From Terriglobia bacterium (GTDB lineage: Bacteria > Acidobacteriota > Terriglobia > 20CM-2-55-15): a stretch of 64,000 bases of DNA. This document shows positions 8,354-17,329 of this stretch, in pieces. Both the position numbers and the translations under genes were made by a program. Each line of letters starts with the position of its first letter. Position 1 is the first letter of the stretch. Where the stretch lies: positions 320,001 to 384,000 of the forward strand of contig CAXWPJ010000009.1 in assembly GCA_963664115.2 (NCBI GenBank), read 5' to 3'. The notes beneath the pieces are model-generated. The model ran no database searches. It was not told the DNA's origin and saw only the letters and a list, made by a program, of their open reading frames with translations.

Positions 8354-11263
8354 TTGAGTAGCGAAACACCAAACGGCGGGGCGAAGAAACCCGCAATTCC
8401 GCCTCCTGCAAAAAAGGATGCGGCGCTCAACATTGGACTTCGAGGGGACAGACTGTATGAGGTTGACAACCTCCACAAGTGGTTCGCGATCTCCAGCCTG
8501 CTTTTATTCGTTTTCACGGTGTGGATGATCCTCTACGACTACAACCGGGAGTGGAAGCAGTACCAGCGGTCCTTTAGCCGGCTGACCATCCAGCAAACGC
8601 AGCAGGCGATGGACACCGCGGCCAACGCGATTGATCGCGCCCAGTTTGATCAGCTGCAGGGCCAGCTTGCCCAGGCTCAGGCCAATCTGGCCGGGAACGA
8701 GGGCGAAGTCGATCGAATCCAGGACGTTTTGGACGACTTGAACGCCAACATTTATGCGGCCGACCAGGACTTCCGCTTTGCCCGGGCGACGTACGACGTC
8801 GAAAGGTACGAGTACGAAGAAGCAGTAGTCAACGATCCGGACAATGCCCAGGAGTATGGCTTGAGGGCTGAAGCAACGCTTGCCGAAATCAACGAATTTG
8901 AACAACGAGTTGAACAACTGACGCTGGAGATACGCGACGCCGGGGACGAATTGAACACATTCGTCGGTCAGCGTGACCAAATCCAGGATGGCATCGACGA
9001 CGCGTTGGAAGAATTCACTCTGCTACAGGGAACGATGGATACGCTCGATCCCGGATTCATCGTCACATCGTTCCGGAACGCTCCGGTCCTGGATATGCTG
9101 AATCCGTCAGAACAGATCAATCAGATCCTGCTACCGAACTTGCACAACGATCATCCGTTCGTGCAGGTCCCGCGTGTGGACCGCTGTACGACCTGCCATC
9201 TGGGCATCGACCAGGATTCGATGGCGGATGCGCCCCAACCGTTCACGACGCACCCTGAACTGGAAAAGTTTGTCGGCAGCAGCTCGCCCCACACAATCGA
9301 CCAGTTCGGGTGTACGACCTGTCATTCCGGCCTCGACCGCGCGGTGGAGTTTACCCGGGCCGGCCACACGCCTGTTGACGGCACGCAGCGCGAAGATTGG
9401 GAGCAGGCCTACGGATGGGAAGAGCAAGAGTTTCTGGAAACGCCCATGCTGCCTCTGAATCGGACGGAAGCCAGTTGCTTGAAATGTCACACAGGTGGCG
9501 GCGATGTTCCCGAAGCAGCCAGTTTAAACCTGGGTCGGGACCTTGTCCGAATGTACGGGTGCGTCGGATGCCACCGGATCCCGGGATACGAGGACGTCCG
9601 GCGCGTCGGACCAGAACTGACGACCATCGACAGCAAGCTCGATTCCGACTGGGTCAAGAAGTGGCTCCGCGACCCCAAGGCATTCAAATCCGAAGCGCGG
9701 ATGCCCAAGTTCTGGTTCAACTCCAACAACAGCGGACCCGAGTACGAAGCTCGTAACAATACCGAGATCACCGTCATTACGGAGTTCCTGTTTTCAAAGT
9801 CGCAGCCCAATCCTTTGGCTCCGGCACAAACGAACGGAAACGCAGAACGGGGGCAGCAACTTGTCGAAAACATTGGATGTATGGGCTGCCACGCGGTAGG
9901 GCCGCTGGAGGAAGACCCGGCCAGGACACAACATCGCAGACGCTTCGGATACAACCTGGCCAGCCAGGGAAGCAAAGTTTCGATCGATTGGCTCTACAAC
10001 TGGGTCCGGGATCCTCAGAGTGTCTGGCACGACACGAAAATGCCCAACCTGCGCTTAACGGACGCCGAGGCCGCCGATGTGGCCGCCTATCTCGCCTCCT
10101 TGACCAACCCCGAATTCGAGACACAGGCTGTCCCTGATATTGACGTGGCGGAACTTGACATAATCACTCTGGAGTTCCTCAGAGCCGGATTGACGGGCAT
10201 CGAAGCCCGCGAGGCTGTCCAGACGATGTCGCTCGAAGAAAAGACGTCGTACTCGGGCGAGCGGCTCATTGCGCGTTACGGCTGTTTCGGTTGCCACTTG
10301 ATTGAAGGGTTTGAAGACACCCAGCCAATCGGAACGGAACTCACCGAAGCCGGTAGCAAGCTCCTTGCGAGACTGGACTTCGGCTTTCTCGACATCGAAC
10401 ACGAACGAAGCGCATGGTATGAACAGAAGTTGAGGGATCCACGAATTTTCGATGTGGGACGCGTGAAACGACCCGAAGAACTCGCGCGGATGCCTGATTT
10501 CGGTTTTACGGATGAGCAGATCGATTCCATCGTTTTGGTAATGACCGGACTCGTCAAGGACGAAGTCATACCGGATATGCGCAACGACCTGACCGCAGAT
10601 ATCGAGGCCGGTCGGGCCCTGATCGCGCAACGGAACTGCCGTGGGTGCCACGAAATAGAAGCCGGCGGCGGCGATATCCGTTCAACAATTGAAGATCCTG
10701 CGTTCTGGCCACCCCTACTGAATACGCAGGGCGCCAAGACCCAGCCCCTTTGGCTCCATCCTTTCCTGGAAAATCCAGGAAATCAAACCTTGCGTCCTTG
10801 GCTGAACGCACGTATGCCAACATTCTATTTCGACGAGCTCGAGGCGACGACGATTGCGCGGTATTTTTCCGCGCTCGACCAGGTCGATTTTCCGTTTATC
10901 AACACGGCGATCACCACGACGAATGATCGCCTTCAGGTCGGCGAAGAGTTGTTCGCACTCTTGCGCTGCCCCCAATGTCACCCTGCGGCGGATGGGCCGC
11001 TACCTCCGGGCGTTGAGGCGGCAGACCTGGCACCCGACCTCCAAATTGCCCACGAACGTCTGCGTCCCGAGTGGGTCCTGGATTGGCTGATCGATCCGCA
11101 GCAGATTGCACCGGGAACCCGGATGCCGACCTTTTTCCCAGATGGACAGTCTCCTCTGCCCGACGTTCTCGATGGGGACGTTGCGGCACAGATTCAGGCA
11201 ATCCGGGACTACCTGTTCCTCACCGTCGGTGAAGGAGAACGGGCAGAGTCAACGGACGATTGA
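8354..11263 (+). CDS. Membrane-anchored multiheme cytochrome c (8 CxxCH)
   Basis: CTTCH x2, CLKCH, CVGCH, CMGCH, CFGCH, CRGCH, CPQCH. N-terminal TM helix and long coiled coil. TTG start with GGAGAG RBS. Confidence 0.92.
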   Translation: MSSETPNGGAKKPAIPPPAKKDAALNIGLRGDRLYEVDNLHKWFAISSLLLFVFTVWMILYDYNREWKQYQRSFSRLTIQQTQQAMDTAANAIDRAQFDQLQGQLAQAQANLAGNEGEVDRIQDVLDDLNANIYAADQDFRFARATYDVERYEYEEAVVNDPDNAQEYGLRAEATLAEINEFEQRVEQLTLEIRDAGDELNTFVGQRDQIQDGIDDALEEFTLLQGTMDTLDPGFIVTSFRNAPVLDMLNPSEQINQILLPNLHNDHPFVQVPRVDRCTTCHLGIDQDSMADAPQPFTTHPELEKFVGSSSPHTIDQFGCTTCHSGLDRAVEFTRAGHTPVDGTQREDWEQAYGWEEQEFLETPMLPLNRTEASCLKCHTGGGDVPEAASLNLGRDLVRMYGCVGCHRIPGYEDVRRVGPELTTIDSKLDSDWVKKWLRDPKAFKSEARMPKFWFNSNNSGPEYEARNNTEITVITEFLFSKSQPNPLAPAQTNGNAERGQQLVENIGCMGCHAVGPLEEDPARTQHRRRFGYNLASQGSKVSIDWLYNWVRDPQSVWHDTKMPNLRLTDAEAADVAAYLASLTNPEFETQAVPDIDVAELDIITLEFLRAGLTGIEAREAVQTMSLEEKTSYSGERLIARYGCFGCHLIEGFEDTQPIGTELTEAGSKLLARLDFGFLDIEHERSAWYEQKLRDPRIFDVGRVKRPEELARMPDFGFTDEQIDSIVLVMTGLVKDEVIPDMRNDLTADIEAGRALIAQRNCRGCHEIEAGGGDIRSTIEDPAFWPPLLNTQGAKTQPLWLHPFLENPGNQTLRPWLNARMPTFYFDELEATTIARYFSALDQVDFPFINTAITTTNDRLQVGEELFALLRCPQCHPAADGPLPPGVEAADLAPDLQIAHERLRPEWVLDWLIDPQQIAPGTRMPTFFPDGQSPLPDVLDGDVAAQIQAIRDYLFLTVGEGERAESTDD

Positions 11264-11393
11264 TAAAAACTATCACCGCGAACTAGACATCAAACTGACG
11301 CCGATCGCCCTTCCCTTTGCCTCGACGGATGATCGGCAGTAATCTGCTTTAAAAGGAAACATTCAACCTTACATTTTTAGGGAGATTCGTTCA

Positions 11394-12179
11394 ATGCATG
11401 ACAAGAAAGTGTTATTCCTGGCCTTTTCGATGATCATTCTCGTAGCTGCCGGATGCGGCGGCGGGGACGATACAGGCTTACCTCCAGCTCCGGTGGGCGG
11501 AGGAGGCGGTGGACCGGCCTACGACCCGTCGACTGCGACCGCGAGCATTGCGGGCAGCATCATGTTCGAAGGTACTGCACCAGAGATGCCGCTCATTCAA
11601 ATGGCTGCGGACCCTTTCTGTCAGGAGGGTTTCTCCGGCGCCCGGAGCAAGGAAGTCGTCGTTACTGAGGACGCTAAGCTCGAATACGTGATCGTGTACG
11701 TTCGCTCAGGACACGAGGGTGCAGGCTACAGCGTTCCAACCGAAGCTGCCTTGATCGACCAGATCGGATGCAGCTATACGCCACACGCGTTCACCATGAT
11801 GTCGGGCCAGACGCTGACGATTCGAAACAGCGATGCGACGCTTCACAACATCCACGCATGGGCCGAAGTCAACCCGCAGTTCAACATCGGCCAGCCCGTA
11901 CAAAACATGGAAACGATGCAGGTCTTCGCCCAGCCCGAGATGCCGTTGCCGATGCGCTGCGATGTCCACCGGTGGATGGAAGCCTTCATCGGTGTGTTCG
12001 ATCATCCCTTCCACACGACGAGCGGGGAAACGGGCGAATATACACTGGACCTGCCTCCGGGAACATACGAAGTCGTCGCCTGGCATGAACGCTACGGTGA
12101 ACAGGTTAGCTCCGTCACTGTTGCTGACGGCGAAGCGGCCGAGCTGAACTTCACGTATTCCGCAGACGCGGCAGACTAG
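11394..12179 (+). CDS. Lipoprotein with a cupredoxin-like site and a carboxypeptidase-regulatory-like domain
   Basis: Lipobox LVAAGC, HNIH...CDVHRWM (His/Cys/His/Met), LPPGTYEV C-terminal beta-sandwich. Confidence 0.75.
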   Translation: MHDKKVLFLAFSMIILVAAGCGGGDDTGLPPAPVGGGGGGPAYDPSTATASIAGSIMFEGTAPEMPLIQMAADPFCQEGFSGARSKEVVVTEDAKLEYVIVYVRSGHEGAGYSVPTEAALIDQIGCSYTPHAFTMMSGQTLTIRNSDATLHNIHAWAEVNPQFNIGQPVQNMETMQVFAQPEMPLPMRCDVHRWMEAFIGVFDHPFHTTSGETGEYTLDLPPGTYEVVAWHERYGEQVSSVTVADGEAAELNFTYSADAAD

Positions 12180-12450
12180 TGACCGGTCCCACCCATATCG
12201 GGGCCAGCGCCGATGGGTCTTGCCGGCGAGATCGCGGCGCGAGACGGAAGTCGATGTATTCGCATCGACGACGGCTCGCAACAAAGATATCGCCAGCAAC
12301 CCCCACCGGCCCAGAGGGTTCCCGCGAATCGGCATCGTCTTCGTTGTCGTCAGCTCCTCGCAATGAAAACGCATTTCGTCGTCGCCAACTCCTCAAATCC
12401 GATGCCGTTTGGCCCGAACGCTGGCCGCGATATGGGTGGGACAGGTCACT
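12178..12450. mobile_element. MITE-like non-autonomous element (273 bp)
   Basis: 32-bp terminal IRs (12178-12209 and 12419-12450) with 2 mismatches, flanked by CT on both sides. Confidence 0.75.
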
Positions 12451-12452
12451 CT

Positions 12453-13418
12453 ATGCCTGAAGGAGCGGCGGGACCGGAGCCAGAGAACCTCGGGCTCCAC
12501 CGGTTCACTGTATTCACGGCTCTGTGCACGACCTTCCTGATATTTGCAGGGGGGATGGTGACGAGTACAGAATCCGGTCTCGCAGTTCCCGATTGGCCAC
12601 TTTCCTTCGGCATGTTCTTCCCGCCCATGGTCGGTGGGATCTTCTACGAACACGGCCATCGCATGGTCGCTTCATTTGTTGGCTTTCTGACGGTTATACT
12701 GTCCATATGGACGTGGAAGAAAGAACCGCGACCCTGGGTCCGCTGGTTGGCCCTCGGTGCTCTGGGTGCAGTGATCGCTCAGGGCATCCTGGGCGGAATC
12801 ACCGTTATATTTCTTTTGCCGACGCCTGTGTCGGTCAGCCACGCCATGCTGGCACAAACCTTCTTTTGCATGATCGTCGCGATGGCCCTGTTTACGTCAC
12901 CAGACTGGAAACGCGGCCTGCCCGATGCCGGCCCGCGTCAGGGAATTCCGAGTCTCCCGTGGTTGTGCGGACTCACGACGGGAGCCGTTTACCTTCAACT
13001 ACTGTTGGGCGCCCTGATGCGGCACACACAGTCGGGACTGGCCATTCCAGACTTTCCACTCGCATTTGGCCGGATGATCCCACCTTTTGAATCCAGCTCC
13101 GTAGTGATTCATTTCACTCACAGGCTCGGCGCCCTTCTGGTAACGACGATGATCTCGTGGACACTGATCCGAATCCTTTCCGAATATCGAAACCACAGCC
13201 GCTTGTTACGACCGGTTCTGGTCATGGCCTTTCTTCTATGTATCCAGGTTACGCTCGGCGCATTCACGATCTGGACAGAGAAAGGTGAAATCGTCACGAC
13301 GTTTCACGTCATGACGGGCGCCATGATACTCGGCGTTTCCGTTCTACTCGCCCTGCGCGCCTTTGCGATGCTCCCGCCCGGGCTTCGAACGAGGACGGCC
13401 TCTCCTCAGCTCGCATGA
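12453..13418 (+). CDS. ctaA: Heme A synthase (COX15/CtaA)
   Basis: GG.VT...SGLAVPDWP, EHGHR and HFTHR motifs, about 8 TM helices. Start moved to the ATG after the MITE. Confidence 0.88.
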   Translation: MPEGAAGPEPENLGLHRFTVFTALCTTFLIFAGGMVTSTESGLAVPDWPLSFGMFFPPMVGGIFYEHGHRMVASFVGFLTVILSIWTWKKEPRPWVRWLALGALGAVIAQGILGGITVIFLLPTPVSVSHAMLAQTFFCMIVAMALFTSPDWKRGLPDAGPRQGIPSLPWLCGLTTGAVYLQLLLGALMRHTQSGLAIPDFPLAFGRMIPPFESSSVVIHFTHRLGALLVTTMISWTLIRILSEYRNHSRLLRPVLVMAFLLCIQVTLGAFTIWTEKGEIVTTFHVMTGAMILGVSVLLALRAFAMLPPGLRTRTASPQLA

Positions 13419-14311
13419 CCATGAGAGCAATGGGCGCAGATGCTACGATCCGGCGAAGTCGCATCGGGGATTACCTCGATCTCACCAAGCCACGGATTAC
13501 TTCGCTCGTCTTGGTCACAACAGCTGTCGGTTTTTATATGAGTTCGGCGGGCGGTATGGCAAATATCTTATTCCTTCACGCCATCGTAGGTGTCGCCATG
13601 GTCGCTGGAGGGGCCAGCGCTTTGAATCAATACCAGGAGCGCTACCACGACGCGCGCATGGATCGAACCCGGGACCGGCCGCTACCTGCAGGTCGCATTG
13701 GTGAGTTTGATGCGCTCGTTTTCTCCTGGACTATTTCGGTAGCGGGGGTGGCCTACCTCCTCCTGTTCACCAATGTCGTCACTGCCATTCTGTCGGCGAT
13801 CACCTTACTGCTCTACGTGTTTCTGTACACACCATTGAAAACCCACACGGCCGTCGCCACTCTCGTCGGTGCAGTACCGGGCGCAGCACCACCAATTCTG
13901 GGATGGACAGCGGCCGGAGGTCCGGTCGACGGTATGGCCCTGGCCTTGTTTTTAATGGTGTTCCTATGGCAAATGCCACACTTCCTGGCAATCGCGTGGC
14001 TGTACGGCGAGGACTACGTTCGTGGCGGATTTCAAAGCCTGACAGTCCACTACAGTGGTGAGGAAAGCGCATGCCGGCAGATCATTCTTTATTCTTGCGC
14101 TTTGGTTCCCATCAGCCTTTTGCCCACCACTTTCGGCATTACCGGAAACGCTTACATGTTCGGAGCGCTGCTCGCCGGCCTTGTCTATCTCGGCTACGGC
14201 ATAGCGCTGGCGCTGTTCCGTTCACAGATCGCCGCCCGGCGGCTCCTCAGGATCTCGATAATATATCTTCCGGCAGTGTTTCTGCTGATGGTCATCGATA
14301 AGGCGAGCTAA
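13415..14311 (+). CDS. ctaB: Protoheme IX farnesyltransferase (heme O synthase)
   Basis: LTKPRI, D..M.RT..RPLP.G, YTPLK, GAVPGA.PP and WQMPHF motifs. Confidence 0.95.
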   Translation: MTMRAMGADATIRRSRIGDYLDLTKPRITSLVLVTTAVGFYMSSAGGMANILFLHAIVGVAMVAGGASALNQYQERYHDARMDRTRDRPLPAGRIGEFDALVFSWTISVAGVAYLLLFTNVVTAILSAITLLLYVFLYTPLKTHTAVATLVGAVPGAAPPILGWTAAGGPVDGMALALFLMVFLWQMPHFLAIAWLYGEDYVRGGFQSLTVHYSGEESACRQIILYSCALVPISLLPTTFGITGNAYMFGALLAGLVYLGYGIALALFRSQIAARRLLRISIIYLPAVFLLMVIDKAS

Positions 14312-14347
14312 GCGACCCGAAAGATTTTCACCAGGTTAAAGCAAGCA

Positions 14348-15271
14348 ATGCACGCTGTTGAAGTAGAAAATCTGACGCATTACTACGGAGAGCGCAAGGC
14401 GCTGTCCGATGTCAGTTTTCAGGTCGACGAGGCCGAAATATTCAGCTTGCTCGGTCCGAACGGTGGCGGTAAGACGACTCTGTTCCGGATTCTTTCTACG
14501 CTGTTACTCCCAACGGAGGGCGCGGCAAGAATCTTCGATCTCGACATAGGGACGGACAGTTCTCGGGTACGGCAACAGATCGGGATTGTATTTCAAAATC
14601 CAAGCCTCGATATCAAACTGACCGTCCGGGAAAATCTCGTGCATCAGGGACATCTCTACGGCCTCCACGGTGGCACGCTCCGGTCACGAATCGATGAAAT
14701 GATGGGTAGACTCAAGATCACCGACAGGGCGTCGAGCCTGGTTGAAACCTTGTCGGGCGGGCTTCGCAGGAGGGTCGAACTCGCCAAGGGCATGCTCCAC
14801 CATCCGAAGCTGCTTATACTCGATGAACCCTCCGTGGGGCTCGATCCCGGAGCGCGCCACGATCTGTGGCAATACCTGGAAAGTCTCAGAGATTCCGAGG
14901 GAGTCACGATTCTCGCGACGACTCACCTCATCGACGAAGGGGATCGCTCCGATCACGTGCTGATTCTGAATCAGGGGCTTGTTGTTGGGTCGGGTACGCC
15001 GCGCGCTCTCAAGCAGCAGATCGGTGGAGATATCATTGCGCTGACGAGCAAGGATCCCGAAGTACTGTCGCGAAAGATTGCCGATACCTTCGACTTAAAG
15101 CCGACGGTTCTAAACGGATCCGTACGGATCGAGAAAACCAGCGGACACGAATTCATTGCCAAGCTGATAGAAGCGTTTCCGGGAACAATCGATTCGGTGA
15201 CGTTGGCGAAGCCCACCCTGGAGGATGTCTTCATCGACCGGACCGGACATCGCCTCTGGGAGGAGTCATGA
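14348..15271 (+). CDS. ABC exporter ATP-binding protein (DrrA-like)
   Basis: GPNGGGKTT, LSGG, LILDEP, PTLEDVF. Confidence 0.92.
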   Translation: MHAVEVENLTHYYGERKALSDVSFQVDEAEIFSLLGPNGGGKTTLFRILSTLLLPTEGAARIFDLDIGTDSSRVRQQIGIVFQNPSLDIKLTVRENLVHQGHLYGLHGGTLRSRIDEMMGRLKITDRASSLVETLSGGLRRRVELAKGMLHHPKLLILDEPSVGLDPGARHDLWQYLESLRDSEGVTILATTHLIDEGDRSDHVLILNQGLVVGSGTPRALKQQIGGDIIALTSKDPEVLSRKIADTFDLKPTVLNGSVRIEKTSGHEFIAKLIEAFPGTIDSVTLAKPTLEDVFIDRTGHRLWEES

Positions 15272-16038
15272 ATATCCTCCTGGGTTCTCTCACATTATGG
15301 CAGCGCGAATTGGTCCGTTTCTTCCGCCAAAGAAGCCGCATCGTAGGCGCGTTTGGATCTCCTGTAGTCTTCTGGCTCTTGTTAGGGTCGGGCATCGGAC
15401 GCTCCTTCACCCTCCCCTCTCCTGAAGGCACGATGAACTACATGGAGTACTTTTTCCCGGGGACCATCGTTTTAATCCTTTTGTTCACCTCAATATTTTC
15501 AACGATTTCGATCATCGAAGATCGCAGAGAAGGATTCCTTCAGTCCGTCCTTGCCGCCCCCGTTCCCCGTTCGACGATCGTACTTGGAAAAGTGACCGGA
15601 GCGACGACCCTGGCTCTGATTCAGGGAATGGTGTTCATGGTTCTGGCACCCTTCGTAATTGGTGTATCACCCACGGCTGTATTGATTACGCTCGTTATCC
15701 TTGGCCTGGTGGCTTTCGGACTGACGGCCCTCGGATATGTGATCGCATGGAGTCTGGATTCCACACAGGGCTTTCACGCGATCATGAACTTATTTCTGAT
15801 CCCTATGTGGCTGCTCTCAGGCGCAGTTTTCCCCGCAAGTGGAGCCCCCGTCTGGTTACAATGGGTCATGACTGTGAATCCTGTCACTTATGGCGTGGCC
15901 GCAGTTCGATGGAGTCTGTATGGAACTTCGACGTACGCGGCTCTCGGAGGCCCGGCGCCGGCTAGATCTCTGGCAGTGATCGTCCTATTCGGTATTGCCA
16001 TGTTCGTCACTGCCCTTGCCGTAACCCATCGACGTTGA
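15268..16038 (+). CDS. ABC-2 type permease
   Basis: DRREGFL...APV, LSGAVFP and NPVTY motifs, about 6 TM helices. ATGA overlap with the ATPase gene. Confidence 0.9.
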   Translation: MNILLGSLTLWQRELVRFFRQRSRIVGAFGSPVVFWLLLGSGIGRSFTLPSPEGTMNYMEYFFPGTIVLILLFTSIFSTISIIEDRREGFLQSVLAAPVPRSTIVLGKVTGATTLALIQGMVFMVLAPFVIGVSPTAVLITLVILGLVAFGLTALGYVIAWSLDSTQGFHAIMNLFLIPMWLLSGAVFPASGAPVWLQWVMTVNPVTYGVAAVRWSLYGTSTYAALGGPAPARSLAVIVLFGIAMFVTALAVTHRR

Positions 16039-16187
16039 AGGCAGCCGATTAATTACAATGAGCTCGAAAATAAATTTTCTTTACTTGATAGGGGCCGAAG
16101 CGACAGGGACGTGTGGACGTGAATGTAAAACTCTGTCTGCCTCCGTGCCTCTGCGGTTGATTCTTATGCTGAGAGAGGAGTATTAGG

Positions 16188-16793
16188 GTGTTCCGTCTAC
16201 CCCACTGGTCGTCGCTTGTGGCAATGGCGTTTGTCGTCTCAGGGATAGCAATGTTGATCGTTTTTCGGTCGATGCAAAGTGGCGAACCGTTGAACGATTT
16301 CGGTGGAGTCCCTGACTTTGCACTTGTTGAGCGGAGCGGAGAGACGGTTACTCTGAGCGACTTGGCCGGCGAGGTATGGGTCGCCAACTTGATTTTTACC
16401 CATTGCGGCGGTACATGCCCCATGATGACCGTCCAGATGCGTTCTTTGCAGGACGTTTTGCCTGACGACGTACGATTCGTGTCGATTACTGTGGATCCCT
16501 CTAGAGACACACCCGAGGTTCTGGCCGAGTACGCCGCCTTTTACGGGGCCGACCCCGAGCGCTGGCTCTTTCTCAGTGGAGAGCGAGACGACATTTACCG
16601 TTTGGTGCAGGAAGGATTCCATCTGGCAGTAGACGACACGTTCGGATCGGAAATCGAACCGATCACTCACAGCACGCGCTTTGTCCTGGTAGATCAAATG
16701 GGGCGGATTCGAAACTATTACGACGGAACTACACGGGACTCCCATACCCTGATCGAGAGCGACGTGAGGACGCTACTTGCCGGAGCGGGTTAG
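16188..16793 (+). CDS. SCO1/SenC copper chaperone
   Basis: FTHCGGTCP, DP.RDTPE and ITHS motifs. Confidence 0.92.
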   Translation: MFRLPHWSSLVAMAFVVSGIAMLIVFRSMQSGEPLNDFGGVPDFALVERSGETVTLSDLAGEVWVANLIFTHCGGTCPMMTVQMRSLQDVLPDDVRFVSITVDPSRDTPEVLAEYAAFYGADPERWLFLSGERDDIYRLVQEGFHLAVDDTFGSEIEPITHSTRFVLVDQMGRIRNYYDGTTRDSHTLIESDVRTLLAGAG

Positions 16794-17206
16794 TGGATAT
16801 CACGGACCTCCCGGCGCTCAACGCACTTCTGAACCTCACGAGCGGCGTCCTGGTAACCCTTGGCGTGTACCTCGTATACAAACGCAAGACCGCGGCTCAC
16901 AAGGTCTGCATGATTGGGGCCGTGGTCGTATCTTCCATCTTCCTGACTTCTTACCTCATCTATCACTATCAAGTGGGTTCGGTTCGCTTCGATCGAGAGG
17001 GTTGGATTCGGACCCTCTACCTGTCAATCCTGTTGACTCACACGGTGCTGGCGGCCGCGGTCGTTCCGATGGTGCTTCGAACTGTCTATCTGGCGATTCG
17101 CAGTCAGCTTGAAAAGCATCGCCGGATCGCCCGCTGGACTTATCCAGTCTGGATTTACGTCTCCTTCACCGGTGTGGTCGTCTACCTCATGCTTTACCAG
17201 CTCTAA
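16793..17206 (+). CDS. DUF420 (CtaM-like) membrane protein
   Basis: LPALNA.LN, HKVCM, FL.SYL.YH, HRRIARWT.P.W.YVS.TG. Confidence 0.88.
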   Translation: MDITDLPALNALLNLTSGVLVTLGVYLVYKRKTAAHKVCMIGAVVVSSIFLTSYLIYHYQVGSVRFDREGWIRTLYLSILLTHTVLAAAVVPMVLRTVYLAIRSQLEKHRRIARWTYPVWIYVSFTGVVVYLMLYQL

Positions 17207-17216
17207 AGCGAAAGAT

Positions 17217-17305
17217 TTCAACACGAAGGTCACGAAGGAGACGAAGTTCCACGAAGAAATCCTAAGACTGATGTTTCTTCGTTATCTTCGTGTCTTCGTG
17301 TTGAA
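17217..17305. repeat. Palindromic intergenic repeat of ACGAAG units
   Basis: Four ACGAAG units at 9-10 nt spacing facing three CTTCGT units. 12-bp perfect outer stem TTCAACACGAAG/CTTCGTGTTGAA between convergent genes. Confidence 0.75.
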
Positions 17306-17329
17306 GATCGAAGCTTTTCAATTCGACGT

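Noticed and set aside
12213-12452. 80-aa N-terminal extension of CtaA and ORF 12179-12460
   Set aside because: Both are read from the MITE sequence. CtaA-like sequence starts after 12453.
17217-17305. Possible CRISPR array
   Set aside because: Units are ~9 nt with no unique spacers and there are no cas genes. No CRISPR array was seen anywhere in the window.
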